64,000 nt of DNA from Azolla caroliniana (GCA_043228905.1 JBHGNT010000007.1:2356001-2420000); one strand, 5' to 3'. Positions 1 to 14,740 are shown, counted from the stretch's first letter. Translations and numbers: made by a program. Notes: generated by a model from the sequence alone, not told the origin.

Positions 1-900
1 GTGAAAATAATGTTGTGTATTGGAGTGAGTAATGCAAACGTTGTCGTTTGTCCGATTTCGACTCTATGGGATGCACAAACAACATGAAATTGACATTGGT
101 GTGTCTTCTCTTCATTTGAGATTTGTTGAAGGTGTGTACAATGGATAATATCATTGACTCACTCACAAAATCTTAATCCACGGTTCGCTTTTAAAAATTA
201 CCAACAACTTTTGTGGATCATAGATTCAAGTATGCAACATCATAAAAGCAAAGAATTAGAGCTAGAAGGTGTAATTATGATACACAACAATGTAAATGTG
301 TTATGTTTGTGTCCGTGAGAAATAATCAAGATGAGATGAGAGGGATATATACACAATCACAAGAGATTGTATTGACAAGGATGGATCGACAATAAAATGA
401 AACTGGCCAAAAAGAAAACACTCTCTCTAGGACAAGCAACATTAGAGGTAGTGGGATAAAGAATATTCTCCCATTATGTGCATGCCAATTACATACTCTC
501 CCATTGGATATGACTTACTAGTTACATATTCATCCATATGACATTTTTGTTACAATATTCCATGTTAGCTACAATTTTAATTCTTATGACCACTAAGTAT
601 GTGTTCATACGTTATCATGTTGAGCTTGTTTTTCAAACCTTATTCTCAATGAATCAATAGGGCAGAAACCAAATTACAAGCTAGGATCGCTTTGAACTGG
701 TATGTACCAAAAGGTCCTTGGTGAAGATATCAACCATATGTGCATATTCTTTTGTTATGCGCGAACCTTATGTCAATCGATGGTACCATCATAGTTTTGC
801 TTGACCTTCTACTCACATCATGTAACATGAGTATGTCTGTTGGCATTCATAGGTGTTAGGGTCAACAAGATTGGTGTAGTCAAGGTTCTAGGATATGGTG
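1..900. mobile_element. Decayed copia RNase H / LTR remnants in both orientations
   Basis: + strand IDSLTKS (~152-172) and - strand HMVDIFTKDL (~715-745) resemble the copia ADxLTK motif. Confidence 0.45.
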
Positions 901-2403
901 TAGTGAAGCAACATCATCCCTTCTAAAAATAGAGCTAGGAGTGGGTGGGGAAAAAGGTCATGAACGGTGGGCGATTCATTGTCCTCTTGTGGAGTATATC
1001 ATGAAGAGGGGCAACTTGTCGCTTGCCATCAATGTCATGGCAACAAAGCGTGTCTATAGTCTAAGAGTAGAACATTTGCTTTGTGGCTAAAGAAGTCTTT
1101 AACATTTTCTCTTAGCTTGCTCCAAAATTGATTTTGGTGTTTGTGGTGTTTCGAGGAGCATGGTCATAACCAATGTCGACTCAACATAGATGGACACTAT
1201 TTGGCCCAATGGATGTGGTATTTTTGGAGGTGCTCATGGCGACATCTTGTTATCAATGTAGAGAGGTCATGAGGTCTTTGATCATGATGTTACTCCTTTC
1301 TTGGGGAACACCTTCGATTACTCCTCCTGAGTAATCGGGTTAGGGAATCGTGGTTGTGTAAGGGACTAAGGTAGGGCCGAGTAGGGGCCGAAACGTTACA
1401 CCCTTCATGTTTGGACACTCCGAGAATCGGCTACAACCGATTCATACTCATGACTTACAGAATAGATAACACAATTGGAAATGGAATTGAAAATGAGACT
1501 AGATGGATCCAAAAAGTATACGTAATTGATTATTGAATAGATAATACAATGGTAGTACAAACCGATTAAAATCGGTATCGCTCACTCTCTCAATACAGAT
1601 TTAGATTTCTAGGCTCAATCACTCTGGCTCGAATTAGATATATCTTCTGTATCCCCTTTTGCCCCCTGTTTTCGCCACTTCACGATTTATACAGCTTTCT
1701 CCTTCATCAGCGCGTTCCAACTACTCTCTCCTGTTTCGCGGCCTATGTTTACGGCTGCTTGTATTTCGGTTACTTTTCCCCGCGGCTACTAGTGCATAAC
1801 TTATTTTATCTTTTCACACTTGACCTACTCATCCCCTTTCACACTTTACTTTTACAATCCTTTGAATCACACCTTTGTCTTATTGTCCAACGGTTAACAC
1901 TTGGCTCGCCCGTGGGACAGTGCCTTCCACGTCGAACCCAAAAAAATCAACCAAAGAAATCGACATCGAAAAATTGAAATTATTGCCATCCGAAATGAAA
2001 GAATTGAAAAAATAGTCTATGATACTATTATTCTTCCAAAATTGCCTAAATGCCCTCCTCCGGTTTCGGCTCGTCTGGGTGGAGCTCGGTCGATAGACCT
2101 AGTTGTTGGTCTGCAACCGCCGGCATAGCTTCTGGAGCCACTTCCTCCTGCTTTGGCTCCGTGTTTTGTTCGACCACAGGTTCGATCTCCTAGTCCGGGC
2201 GCGTCACATCTTCTACTTTCGGCTCTTGTGTTGCACTTTCGAACAACACTTCTGCTGATGCTTGTGCCGAGGCTAATTCTTCCTTCACGGCCTAGAGGCA
2301 CTTGCGTTCGTACCTATCCGCTTCAATGGTGAGGAGGAGTTTATCATCGTTGAATTCCTCAAGGAGGGTTCTGATTGATGTGGTATGCACATCTGAGCCA
2401 AAA

Positions 2404-2810
2404 TGTGGAACTCCTAAGTGAGGTCCTCTCAGAGCACCTGAATACTATTCTCATCCATTTTATAGAATCCACGACCCTCCTTTTTTCGGTTCTCTTCATC
2501 TGTTCAGAATATTTGTAACTCGGTTGTTTGAGTCGACCACTCTTTCCAACCTCGAGCGAGTGCCTCTTCGACCTTTTGGTTCAACTTCTATCGATGTTTT
2601 GCAATCAATGACTTCACCCGCTCTTCGCCCATTTCATACTTGACACATAGAGTGTTCATTGCCGCTTTAGTAGTCTCAGCGTTGAGTTCGAGCTGAGCTG
2701 TCCGGAGTTGGTATGAGGTGCTTAGTTTGGCAACCTTCGCCTCCATTAGCTCCGCGTGTTGTTCGTACTGTCGGAGGATCTGATTCTTCTTCTCTTCTAG
2801 CTCTTGTTGG

Positions 2811-2874
<64 letters not shown>

Positions 2875-3244
2875 GATAGTATTAAGACACACAGAGAGAG
2901 AATTGAAAAGGAAAGTATTATATTACACTATAAGATGGATTACAAAGAGTAGGCAACAAGGAGCTCTAGAATGGCGTTGAACCAATTTGGTTTTGGGATG
3001 ATTAATACATCCCTATTTATAAGTCCCTATAGAGTATTCTAGAAGATTCTAGAATATAGAATACTCTAGAATATTCTAGGAAATTTTGGAATGTAGAGTA
3101 ATCTAGAATATTTTTATGATATTAGATTAAATATATTCTAAATACATATAAACATATTATTACAATGGTTAAGGATTTGACATGTGTATAATAAGGTTGT
3201 GGGTTTAAATCCTTTGAAGGCATCATGTGAGTGTCACCATGACA
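2404..3244 (-). mobile_element. LTR related to the 45.6-kb solo LTR, followed on the minus strand by a PBS-like TGG motif and internal sequence
   Basis: Reverse complement of 2940-3244 aligns to 45618-45930 (TGTCATG start, GTTCAACGCC, GCCTACTCTTTGTAA); minus-strand end TTCCACA-TTT-TGGCTCAG. Confidence 0.6.
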
Positions 3245-3627
3245 ATTGGTACCGTTCCCGGTCTGCACCTTGTGGAGGTACTCAAACAATGTATATTTTT
3301 ATTCCTCCAATTCTCGCATCATTTGATGTTGCTTGCTAAAATGTTGCGCGGGTCGTCTTGTCCAATTCCCGGTAAGCTTCGACCAAGGCCGTGTTAAGCT
3401 CAGGAAGCTTACCGGGAGCTTACCGGAAGTTTCAAGGCATCATGTGAGTGTCACCATGACAGTTGGTACCATTCCCGGTCTATACCTCGTGGAGGTACTC
3501 AAACAATGTATATTTTTATTCCTCCAATTCCCGCATCATTTGATGTTGCTTGCTAAAATGTTGCGCGGGTCATCTTGTCCAATTCCCGGTAAGCTTCGAC
3601 CAAGGCCGTGTTAAGCTCAGGAAGCTC
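3217..3627. repeat. 217-bp tandem duplication spanning an LTR boundary
   Basis: AAGGCATCATGTGAGTGTCACCATGACA...CAGGAAGCT at ~3217 and ~3434. Confidence 0.9.
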
Positions 3628-6600
3628 GATGAGGAGGCAACGACTCTTGGTTTGCCATTTCCGGCCGATTTTCTACAACGCCTGCTCGTCGTCCGACTCG
3701 ATTTCTCTTGTGAGAGCTCGCTGGACCATCCGTTTCTCGGCATATTCTTCGGTTGTTTGTATTTTGGTTACTTTTCCCCTCGACTACTAGTGCTCGTCTT
3801 CTTTTATCTTTGCACACTTGACCTACATCTCCCCATTCACACTTTACTTTTATGATCCTTTTCACACCTTTGTCTTATTGTCCCACAGTTAATACGTCAT
3901 ATCCCTTGCTTTCTTGGCTTGGCAAGTGTATAAAGTGGGGTACAGTTGGGCTTCTTGTTGCATAGGCGCTTGTAATTGGTCCTTGACATCAATGATGCAT
4001 GTAATGTGTTTGGTTACCACTCGGCCCATTCAAAAGACAATTGCTTTCTAGGCATTTTGCCATCATTCTTGTAAGTCCATATTGTCACTCGCAAACTTTT
4101 GAAGCCTCTAACCTTAGACACTTGTGATGCCAACTCAACTTCTAGATTAGTCAAGGTAGTGGTGAGGTTTACAAGGGCTTCATTGTCGTTGTTTCTCATG
4201 GCGACTCATTTTGATTGAATGTTCCAAATGGTCACCTAGGCCTTGGCTAGCTCTGCTTTCAATCATTGTACCGAGTCAATGGTAAGGATTGTGAGCTACT
4301 CAACTCGCATTAGTCGCGAGAGATATTAGTCGTACTCATGCAATTGGTGTAACATATCACATTGTGCAAGGGAGCTACTACGTACCATTTGCTGCATTCA
4401 GTGATGTACTTGAACATATAGAGAGTCATTGAGTTAGCTCAATGTTGTCGTTGTCTTCTAGAGGAAAAATATCTCCCTAGTCATTAGGGACAAACATTAA
4501 CTAAAGTTGCAAGTCACTCTGATTGTGGTGTTGATGGAAGACAATCTTCTTTTTTTACCTTGCTTGCCTTTGTTGAGGAGGGGATAAGCCTTGTGTGAGG
4601 GGGGGGGGGGCAACATTCAGATGTTCAAGATACACAATAGCTACTATAAAGGAGGTTGTTTGACTCGTTGGACCATCAAGTTTAGTGGGCGCCTCAAGGT
4701 GGGATGTTGTGTCAAGTTCAACTCTTCTTTTCGTCAAGAGGTTTCTCCCATCTAGTGCATTGGAACCCCAATGAATTAATGCTAGTGATGGTTATAATCA
4801 TGGCAGTGAGTGGCATTTCTTAGTAGGAGTTTAGATTTGAGATGGTTATTGTGTTTGATCATGCTAAACTCTATGTATGGAATCAATGTGTTGTGTGGCC
4901 TAATGTGTTCGAGCATGGTCACAAGGAAGGTGCTTTTGCAAGCCATCCTCCACCTCCTCGAGGATGGCATCATTACTTGGTAGCAATGCCATTTCGATCT
5001 TTGAATAGTCCACTTTATACTTTTTTGATGAATTCTTGTTTTATAGACTGAATGCCACTAGCAGGCTTGGTGACAATAATGACACTTGTTCACACAAAGG
5101 TAGCATGTGAGGAACCATGAAAAAGATAGTTATTGTTGTGGTTTCTCATGGTGCTCGACCAATTGAGTGTGTAATGGGTGTGAACCTAGTAGGTGAAGCA
5201 TTGGTTAAGTTGTTACCCTTGGGCCTTTTCACACCTAACTACGTTATTGAGTCTCTCTCTCTCTCATCATGTGTGACAGTTATTGATTGGGCACAATGTC
5301 CATGTCCTTACCCTTGAAAGTAAGGAAATGAAGTAAATGGTAAATGCTTAATAATTACTTTAAAAGTATCCCCTATTGACTTGTAAATTTTACAAAACTT
5401 CAATTAAAGTTGGAATATGTTACGTGAAACTCTTCTGATTGAAATCAACAATAACATTGAGAAGGAAGAGCTAACAAAGATTAAAGAGCAACCATGCCCT
5501 GAACCTAGAACCAAACTCTCGAAAGAGAATAAAGGGATATGAGTAGAGTGAAAACATTGTTAAATAAGCTACATAGCAGTGAAGAAAAGAAAGAATTAAC
5601 TATATAATTACTCAAATACTACATATAACTGGCAAGAGACATTCAACCAAGGTTATTTGTAGAAATAATAAAACATATTAAAAAATGAAAAATTTGTCAC
5701 TGAATAGACTTGAGCCATGGGGCTAAGGGACATGTGTTGTCTGAAAATTGAACATGAATTTACACAATGTTATCCATCCAACATAGGTGTGAGGACAAAT
5801 ATAAATACTTCAGTTAGAATCCAACTAGGTTAGTAACTAGTTAAAAGAAAGCTCTAAGGAAAGTTAAAGTAGTCAAATTTGATTTGAAAGTTAATCGGTT
5901 TGTGAACTCGTGAACATGGTAAAAGGTACTAAGAACAAGTAAATACTTTTATGGTGGGCAAGCAATGATTGTACACAACCCCCTCACTAACCTACATAAA
6001 ATAAACTCTAGGTTTAGCACTTACAAAGCTGTGATGTCAATGAGCCCTAAGTTAAAAGTTAAAACTATTATCTTAGTTGAAAGGAGAAAAAGACTATAAA
6101 TTGTCAATCCATTTTACTCTCGAGTCTCCACCCCTTGTCAATCCATTTTCGCCACTACCCACCAATCAACAATAGAAGTGTTTCCCTTTAATACGATTTT
6201 TGTTTAGTTTGACATGATGGGGTAATCAAGCGATTTATGGGAATGAGTATATCTCCTTTGTCCCTTTTTTTTTTCCAAAATGTCCCTCGTCATGATATGA
6301 TTAAAAATGCATAGCTTTAAAATTGAATGTGTGGGTGTAAATGTTGACGGGGTATGTCATGGATGTGTCAAGGATGTCACAATTAATGGTATGTTTGGGA
6401 AAAGGCATGGTTTTACGTGGAATGTAAGGGTATAGATGTTCATGAGTATGTACTGTGGATATGTACATGACCTCTCTTGAAGATAGTATGATTGAGACAA
6501 TGAATAATTGCACACTGAATAGATTAAGTATGGATGGACATACATTTGTAATGGCCGAGGCAGACGTGTCTCGGATTGCCATGGATGGTTATAAGTTTTA

Positions 6601-8920
6601 GGCATAGCTTATGGGTGACCTGTTTTGTTGGTATGATGCTCATGATCAAGACAATTTGACAATGATCCTTCTAAAATTCTAGCCCGTTTTTCCTATAGTG
6701 TGTAGGAGTAATTAGCATATAAAAAAATTTAGAGCCAACAACGAACTCGATTATAAATTTCAAGAAGAGATTATCCTACAAAACCATAGAAACCATTTTG
6801 AGAAAGTTCACAATGTTGACTGGAATTTCACGGCGTAGTTCACTATCATGAGTTTAATGGTCATGGATTGAAGGGTTGTGTGTAGCAAAATTTATGATCA
6901 TGTCCTCCCTACTTGTATTACATTCACATGATCACAAAAACCACTTCCCGCATTTCAAATTAAAGGGAGATCAATGTGAGTACAAGAATTTATCTTATGG
7001 CATTAACTAGCTTTTAGGTATTTCTTTACAAGAAGTGAAGATTATTCTTAGTGACCTTTAATTTTTCTATTGGCTGAGCGACCTTCGTTTATTAGCCTTT
7101 ATCGGGCACAAGGTCCATTTTGTGGTACTTAAAGAAAATGCAATACAAACTTTGCGGTACTAGTTGTTATGAAAATAGGGTCACAAAAAAAAAACTTTTC
7201 AAAACAAGGAAGTTGCATGTTCATAGTCTAAATATCACTCACACCCATATTATGGGAGATCAAAGAGACCGGGATTTTTTTACAAATAAAAGACACCATA
7301 ACTAATAATATCATTGTTTGGTGCCCTACCATAGGCATTTGAACTCGTGAGGCCATTTACTATTTTTCGAAAAAACAGAAAACATAAAAAATGCTCAAAA
7401 GAAGTTTGCTCAATTATACTAGAATTGTAATTTAATCATCATGTGAGGAGTCACATAACGAAGTGGTGTCCAATTGAGGTTCGAAATTCAACAAGCAACC
7501 CAAGTGTGCCACATTGGATTGAACCAAGCAAGTCCAGTATGTACATAAAAAGTTGTGTCACCTATGCGCATAGGCATCCATAACATGTGAGTGGCTCTCG
7601 TATGTTGTTTTGTTTACTTTATACAAGGGTGGAAGTCTGAATCACCAAATATGGATAATCGTGTATCAAACATTGTTACAACTCAACATGGTATTTGATC
7701 GATGAAACCAATGAATTGAGTGAAATGAATAAACAACACAAATTTCAGTCTAAGGCCCCACTTATGTTTTAATTAGGTCTTTTATATAATTAATAGGAGT
7801 AAACCACAATGTGAGGTAAAAAAACACCAAAACCAAAGTATGTATAAAATAACCCAGTACCCAGTGCTCAAACGAAACATCCATAGCAAATTAGAGGTAA
7901 CATAACAAGAGGTCCATGAATGTACAAATACATTTACATCACGAGAAGAAGGTATCTACATCACTAATGTACACACAATTAAGTTAGAGATAAGAGTTGT
8001 TTTCATAGATGTGGCCTATAGCCCAAAACAATATACATTGGACAAAGAGATAGGGTGCGTGTCTATGCAATATTCGGATACAATTTTATGCGAGAGCTGC
8101 TTATTTCCAAGAGCAAAGACAAGCCTAAACCAATTAGGGAATAGGCATTACATGAACATAACCAAGGAACGTAGTTATTGGGATCGAGCACATGAACCAA
8201 TTAATCACTAATTATGATGTAATATACACCAAACTAAGTGTGAGTGTGCGCATGTCAAAGAGATAGAGATCAAACATTGAAAATATGATACATCAAACAC
8301 AATATTTAGTCTAACTCAATTGATTTCATTCAAATTCTTGGTTTTTTTGTTCAATTTTATTCACAAATCACAATCAATACATTGCATGCTAAGGCACGAC
8401 AACATATAAGCATTGCCTTCATAAACACCACATATGAACACCCAATTAACCACTAATTATGACCTAATATACAACAAACTAATAGAGAGAGAGAGAGAGA
8501 GTGTGTGTGTGTGTGTGGGTGCGTGTATGTGGTAACTCTCCAACATTGAAAATGTGATCCACAAGATTTATTCAAGCTCAGTTGCTTCCACTCCGTTGTA
8601 TGGGTTTTTTTGTGCACTTTTATTGACAATCACAAGTCAAGACATTGCATGCTAAGGCACGGCAAACATAAAGGCATAGCCTTCTTAAACACCACATTTG
8701 AACCACATTTGAACTCAATAACTCGGATCCACAATAACAAATAGATTGTTCATAGAACTTAACTAACTTTACCATATATACAAGGAAACAAAAACTGTCC
8801 AAACATTAACTTGAATGAACACATGATGGTAGTAATGGTGGAGTTGTCCTAACATTAGTGTATAAACACAATTGTATCGCCAAGTTAAAGGCAATTAATT
8901 GTGGCGATGATGGGCAGGTA

Positions 8921-9262
8921 AATTGTAGCAAAGCTTGGACAGGACACAAATGTAGCGAAGGTCGATTGTAGCAAAGCTTGGACACAAATGTAGCGAAGTT
9001 CGATTGTAGGAAACATTGGACACAAATGTCGCAAAGGTTGATTGTAGCAAAGCTTGGACACAAATGTAGCGAAGGTCGATTGTAGCAAAGCTTGGACATA
9101 ATTGTAGCGAAGGTCGATTGTAGCAAACATTGGACACAATTGTAGTGAAGGTTGATTGTAGCAAACATTGGACACAATTGTAACGAGAAGGTCGATTGTA
9201 GCAAAGCTTGAACACGATTGTATAGCAAAGCTCGGACACAATTGTATGGTGAAGGTTGTTCG
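8921..9262. repeat. 38-bp minisatellite, ~8-9 units
   Basis: Consensus ATTGTAGCAAAGCTTGGACACAAATGTAGCGAAGGTCG. Confidence 0.95.
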
Positions 9263-9543
9263 ATTCGACTAGAAGGTAGTAATAAGTTCAAGCCTCATGT
9301 GCAAAAAATGGCTTAAATTCAAGGCCTCGGGCGCGTACCGTTGGTTGTAAGTTCGAGTCACCGGGCTGTTAAATTTAGGCCATAAGGTTGAGCCACTAGA
9401 ATGTTAAATTCAAGGTTCCGAGTTCGAGTCCTGGCAATGGCTACAATGGTCAATCACTAAAACCATGCTTTTGGCAGAATGAGAAAAGAAGAAGGAGAAG
9501 GAGAAGAAGAAGAAGAAGAAGAAATATGATAGTATGTGTTTTG

Positions 9544-9963
9544 CTACATAGCCAAGGAGATGAGGAGGAACAGGAACAGGAAGCAAGCCACACCCCATGG
9601 AAAGAAGAAGAAGAAGAAGAAGAGCAGAGGGGAATATCTAAGAAGCCATACGATATATACAGAAGAAGAAGAAGAAGAAGAAGAAGAAGAGTATGAATTA
9701 TAAGCAGAGGATGAAGTGTAAGAATTATAAGTGGGAGTGTTCAAGAATCCATTGGATCTGTAGTGATAATCTTCTAATGATTCCCCTTCTGAATCTGAGA
9801 AGAATACCAGTGCAAGGAGGAGGAGCAATGGGAGAAGTAACAATGCAAAGCTGAGCTGGGCTGAATCAGAGAAGTAAGAAGGTATGGCTATTGCAGCCAT
9901 AACTATCCCTAACAGAAATAAGGGTCCTTGAGGATCTGGCCCATAGTTGTACTGATCCTCCAT
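9544..9963 (-). CDS. Small plant membrane protein with 3-4 hydrophobic segments, a Ser/Tyr-rich loop and a PWGVA motif
   Basis: Open frame from ATG (MEDQY). Layout TM - 'LLLPLLLLL..FFS' - 'PWGVA.FL.L.LL' resembles an uncharacterised plant transmembrane family recalled from memory; contains (TTC)n runs. Confidence 0.6.
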   Translation of the reverse strand: MEDQYNYGPDPQGPLFLLGIVMAAIAIPSYFSDSAQLSFALLLLPLLLLLALVFFSDSEGESLEDYHYRSNGFLNTPTYNSYTSSSAYNSYSSSSSSSSSSVYIVWLLRYSPLLFFFFFFFPWGVACFLFLFLLISLAM

Positions 9964-9974
9964 CTTCACCACAC

Positions 9975-10362
9975 TAAACCCTAGAAACCTCGAAACCCAA
10001 AATTACCCTTGCTAAAATGCCCTAATCACTCGGAGCCCTAAAAAGCCCTAATCATTAGAACCCTTAAAAAAACCCAAATCTTTGAAACCCTAGGAAGCCC
10101 AAATCTTCGAGACCTTAGAAGTCCAAATCCTTGAGAGACCTTCGGAACCCCAAATCATTGAAACCCTAAAAACCCCAAATCCTTGAGAGACCACCTTAAA
10201 AAACCCCAAATCGTTGAGACCCTAAAAATCCTAAATCCTTGAAACCCAAAATCCCTAATCCTTAGAAGCCCTAAAACACCAACATTCTTGAAACCCTAAA
10301 AGGCCCAAAACCTTGAAACCCCCAAAACACCCAAATCCTTGAAACCCTAACTGCAACCCTAA
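9975..10362. repeat. Degenerate telomere-like array of ~25-bp units upstream of the small membrane-protein gene
   Basis: Units like GAAACCCTAAAAACCCCAAATCCTT with several AAACCCTA telo-box matches. Confidence 0.8.
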
Positions 10363-13300
10363 TGTCTAGAGAACCTTATCCTCCTCTTCCTTCTTTACTT
10401 TCTTCTTACTGTTTAAAGCTATGTTCCTCTCCCCCTCCCCAATGAGTTTTGGAGTGTGATAACATATATATATATATATATACATATATAAAATCACCCT
10501 CCATTTTCATTCAATATTTCTTTTGTTTTTTGCTCACTTGTATTCTGATGCAATTTGTACTAAATTTTAATTTGATGTGAGTGAGAGCTTTCTCAAAGAG
10601 TAAAAGTGATGTCTGCTTTTAAGTTTGCCTATCTACTCCTACCCATGTCACTTAGGAAGTGATAGTTTCTTTGGGACAATGAGAACCAACAAGAGTCACA
10701 CGATCACATATTGTTTTCGAGTGTGGTCACGAGGGCGTCATGATCGTATATTGTTTTCAAGAGAACCAACCGACTTAGGGTTTCGGTCTCGAATTAGTTA
10801 TTGGTCGAACAACCCAACACGAATGGCATGACCCAATCTCATTTTGGCCTATGATAGTTTCTTTAGAAGAACCTTGCGAGAGTGATCCAATGGGCTATCG
10901 ATTTAGTTTGTAATAATTTCGTTGGAATTAACAAGCAAATAATGAACAAGAGTGGGACACTATCATACATCATTTTGGTCTATAATTGTAGCTTTAGAAC
11001 ATGCAAACAATAATGAGTACAATTGTATATCATTTTAATCTCAGCCTACATCCGTAATTGCGGTTTTAGAACATGCAAACAGTAATGTGTACAATTGTAT
11101 ATCGTTTCAGTCTACATTTGGCAATTCCAAAAGTATGCTTGTTTTGCTCAAAGATATGGTTCCTATAATCACTTGACAAAATTCATATTAATACCACCTT
11201 AGGTTTACCCAATTATATCTTTGAAAACTATGGACGGTTTTGACGATTAAACTTTCTTACAATAATTTGTTTCACTAATTAGGAGATTTAATTTTTTGTT
11301 TCCCTCTAATCATAAAACAAACGTTGCCCTAATTGGTCAATTTAGAATTTGAAATTTCTTATCGCCTTCCAACTAGAAATTGACCATGTCCTAGTAGAAA
11401 CAAGTTGGCTAAACTGATTGAGAAGTTATGATATCCACCCAATTTACCTCATGAGCAACGTTAGAAGTTGTACTTCACCCTGGAATTTCACGAGACAAGT
11501 AGCTTTCAAGCTTGTTATTTTGACTCATAGGGCAAAATTCATGAGGTGGTAGACTCTAGTTCATTAACATTCTTAAAGTTTCATCGAATACTCTTAAAAA
11601 TGTGAATTTGATTATGATTATTTATGTATCTTATAAAACTAAAAGAGAAAGAGTATATTCTCAATGTATAAGATGAAAGAACAGAAATTGAAATACAAAT
11701 AATGTGACATTTAAACCCTCGACCGTGAGTGCAATAACAATATGCACGTTCAGGTTCAGACCAAGAGTAAAAGTGATGTCTAACTCTCGAGGGAAAGATT
11801 CACATTGTTACGTGTTTACAATTATGAAGTTTGAATGTATAGGCAGGATATCATGTAGTATGTTATGGTTGATATGTTTTCAATTTAATGTTACAACTTA
11901 CAACTTACAACTTATATACTATATATTGTTATTTTCTTCACCATAAGGTCCATCCATTCAGTCTCTTCAAAAACATGTCTCGTGTCCCCAATGAATGCTT
12001 AAAGCTCATGTTTATGTGTCTGTTGAGACTTTCCCGTTTCCTTTGCTTGTCAAGGAACTCTCTAGAATCCTTTCCAATGCACATAGGCTCATGTGTTCCA
12101 TGAGTTCTCATCCTTCACTAAAGACATTTCTAACACAAGTCCATACTCCTCTGCTCAAATCACCCCCCTTAGCCACACTAGTATATGTCATGATCCATGA
12201 CATATGAGATTTGTGAACTCTAAGGAGAATCCAAAGTGGGGCATGGCTATTGATTGCCGAGTTAAGTTTGTATAGAACTTGCATAATGATAAGTGGCACA
12301 ATGTTGAATGATTTGACTTGTTAAAAATCAAAACAAAAAATAGTTGGTTCACGAATCCTTCCTTACTATGCTCATGAAAGTTGGTAGATATAATTTACAC
12401 TTGAAATGAAAGGACAAAGAATGAGTTACATCAAGAGAAAAGTAATGAAGAACTTAAAGAGAGCGAGAGTCACTCACATTCTTCAATAATTCGATCTATT
12501 GAATTCACTCATGTTTATATATTCAATGTTATCCATCTAATAACTTGATATGTGTTTCACACTTTCTCACATTCTACTCTCATACTTGTAGTACTACCCT
12601 TCCCAACATGTCCGCATGGAAAGAGATAAAATGGAAACATTGTTCTTGTCACTTGCGCTAGAGCTTCTAGTGCATGTTTACAAGGAATTTTAGTTTTGCC
12701 TAAAATGAAGCAATAACCAAGTCTAGTTTGTTTGATATTGAAGGATATCTTTGAACAATACTCATGAAGTTCCTTTGTTAGATATGCATTTCAAGCATTG
12801 CTCTTCTTCTTTTCACTCAATGAATCATTGATAATCAATACGTGGTAGGAGAAGATGAAAAAGTTAAGGTTTTTACCATGGCAAATGAGGCTGAAATACA
12901 CTTCTACAACAAGACAAAAAGTTTTCGGGTAATGGATCCCATTGTCCTTGAAACACATAATTTCAATCTCTTGGACCTAACATTACGCTGCAAGTACAAT
13001 CATCATATTAATGTTGAGATTAGAACTTTCTTCACATTTTCTTGATCCTTTGGTCTTGTAAAATGACATATTTGCACTTCTATAGTTGCATTGTATATTT
13101 ATGTTAGTAAGTACATCATATTCCAATTACTAACCTCTTTTTCAGGAGGATTATGGGATCTCTGGCAGTGACTTAAGAGCACGTTGAAAGATGAGCTTTG
13201 ATCAACTTTAGTTTGGATAGGTGCTTATTAATGTGTTATTGTTCACAATCTCAAGTTGAAAAAAGACTTCCTTTTTAAGTAGCGAGGGTTTGGAGTGATT

Positions 13301-13899
13301 TTCCTCTTTTCATAGCTATTATGAATTGTCTCACCTTTTTGTCGATAATGTGATGCATATCAATTTTTGCTAAGATGTAGAGTAATTATGGTCGCGTTAT
13401 CTTGTCTTTTTACATATTCCTAGTTGTATATTACCACCACTTTTTGTCATTTTCGCACATTGCTATCGAGCAATCCAAGATGGTTTATATCTTAGTAGTG
13501 TTTGAGGTTCTATCAATGCTTCATGACATGGTAGGTTTGTGAGGACATTCAAGCTCAAGTAATCAAATAGGGCATCTACCACACCTACTAGCTCACCTTT
13601 AGTTTGTTTCTTAAATTACAAAGGGGTAGTTTTCGCGGCAAGACAAACACGTTTTTTAAAAGGGAAACTGAAGTACAAAAGATAAATCCTTAGAAATTCC
13701 GTGCTTAAGACTAACCATTCACAAGGAGGTCCCAAACAATCATTATACCTAGAGCTAGAAATCAAAATAACTTCATGTGATAGAATAATATTGTGAAATG
13801 GTAACACGCAAATGAGGAAAGTTACAAAAGAGGTTTGAGACACTTGGTTTTTATAAGAACAATATTGATACAATTCATTGTGGCATTGTACGCTCGAAC

Positions 13900-14740
13900 A
13901 TGGAACCAACATGTAGCTAGATGAGGTGATCTTGAAGTGCGTGATATAGTTGATATGAAATCTCAAAGGTTTGCTATGAAGATAGATCATCAATATTGTG
14001 TGGATTGGTGTTTGAATGATGGAACACAATTGTCAATGGTGAGTACTAAATTTTAATATGTTGTATCATCATTTTATGGGTGCCACTTTCATGGTTCTCA
14101 TCCAAAGCACAAAAAGAGTGGAATATAGACAAGTCTAGTGCAGGGTGGTGGAAAATATTGTAGCATTGTGGACATTCTTGATTGTCATTTTGATCCAAGG
14201 TGTTCGTTTCGAGAGGAATAATTGGGGACCTTCGTTTAAGTTCAGACCTCAGGAAGAGAGAGTTGACATCAAGCAGATGTTTCTTGGTATTGTTCAATTG
14301 CAAGACGATATAAGTTGATCCATTCAATGCCCTATAGCATATCATATTTTGGAAATATTTATCAAAAATATGGCAAGGTTTGTCTTCTTGTTATTTGATG
14401 TCTAAACAGTGGACTTTTAGCCAATATCTGCAAAATGGAGGAAATCATGTTCCAAAATTTAAGCTATTGGAGGTTACATTATAATTGTAATATGCACAAT
14501 ACTTTCATGTTTGATGGTAGATGTAGAGTAAATGTATACATGGCAAGTTGTAAGTCATACGTATGTGACAATTGTTTATGCAAGGGCATGTGGGGATTGT
14601 TTCATCATGAGTGTATTCAATTTTTAGATACCAATGGGGAATGTCCCTCTCCTTATGTAAATGGAGCAATAAGATTGTACATAATGGTGTTTTTTTACAT
14701 TCAATTTAATTGTGTGTTTTACAATAAAGAAAAAAAAGAA
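13900..14740 (+). mobile_element. Degenerate 5'-truncated copy of the same L1 family, ending in poly(A)
   Basis: Translation YWRLHYNCNMHNTFMFDGR aligns to YWGLRHNWNMHNAFVFDGR of the 19.6-25.3 kb element; 3' end TGTGTTTTACAATAAAGAAAAAAAAG. Confidence 0.8.

Noticed and set aside
3900-5320. Minus-strand coiled-coil-like short ORFs
   Set aside because: Fragmented, no assignable domain; most likely decayed LTR-element internal sequence.
8921-9262. CRISPR-like appearance and 114-161 aa ORFs
   Set aside because: Units are contiguous with no unique spacers, there are no cas genes and the context is eukaryotic; the ORFs come from stop-free repeats.
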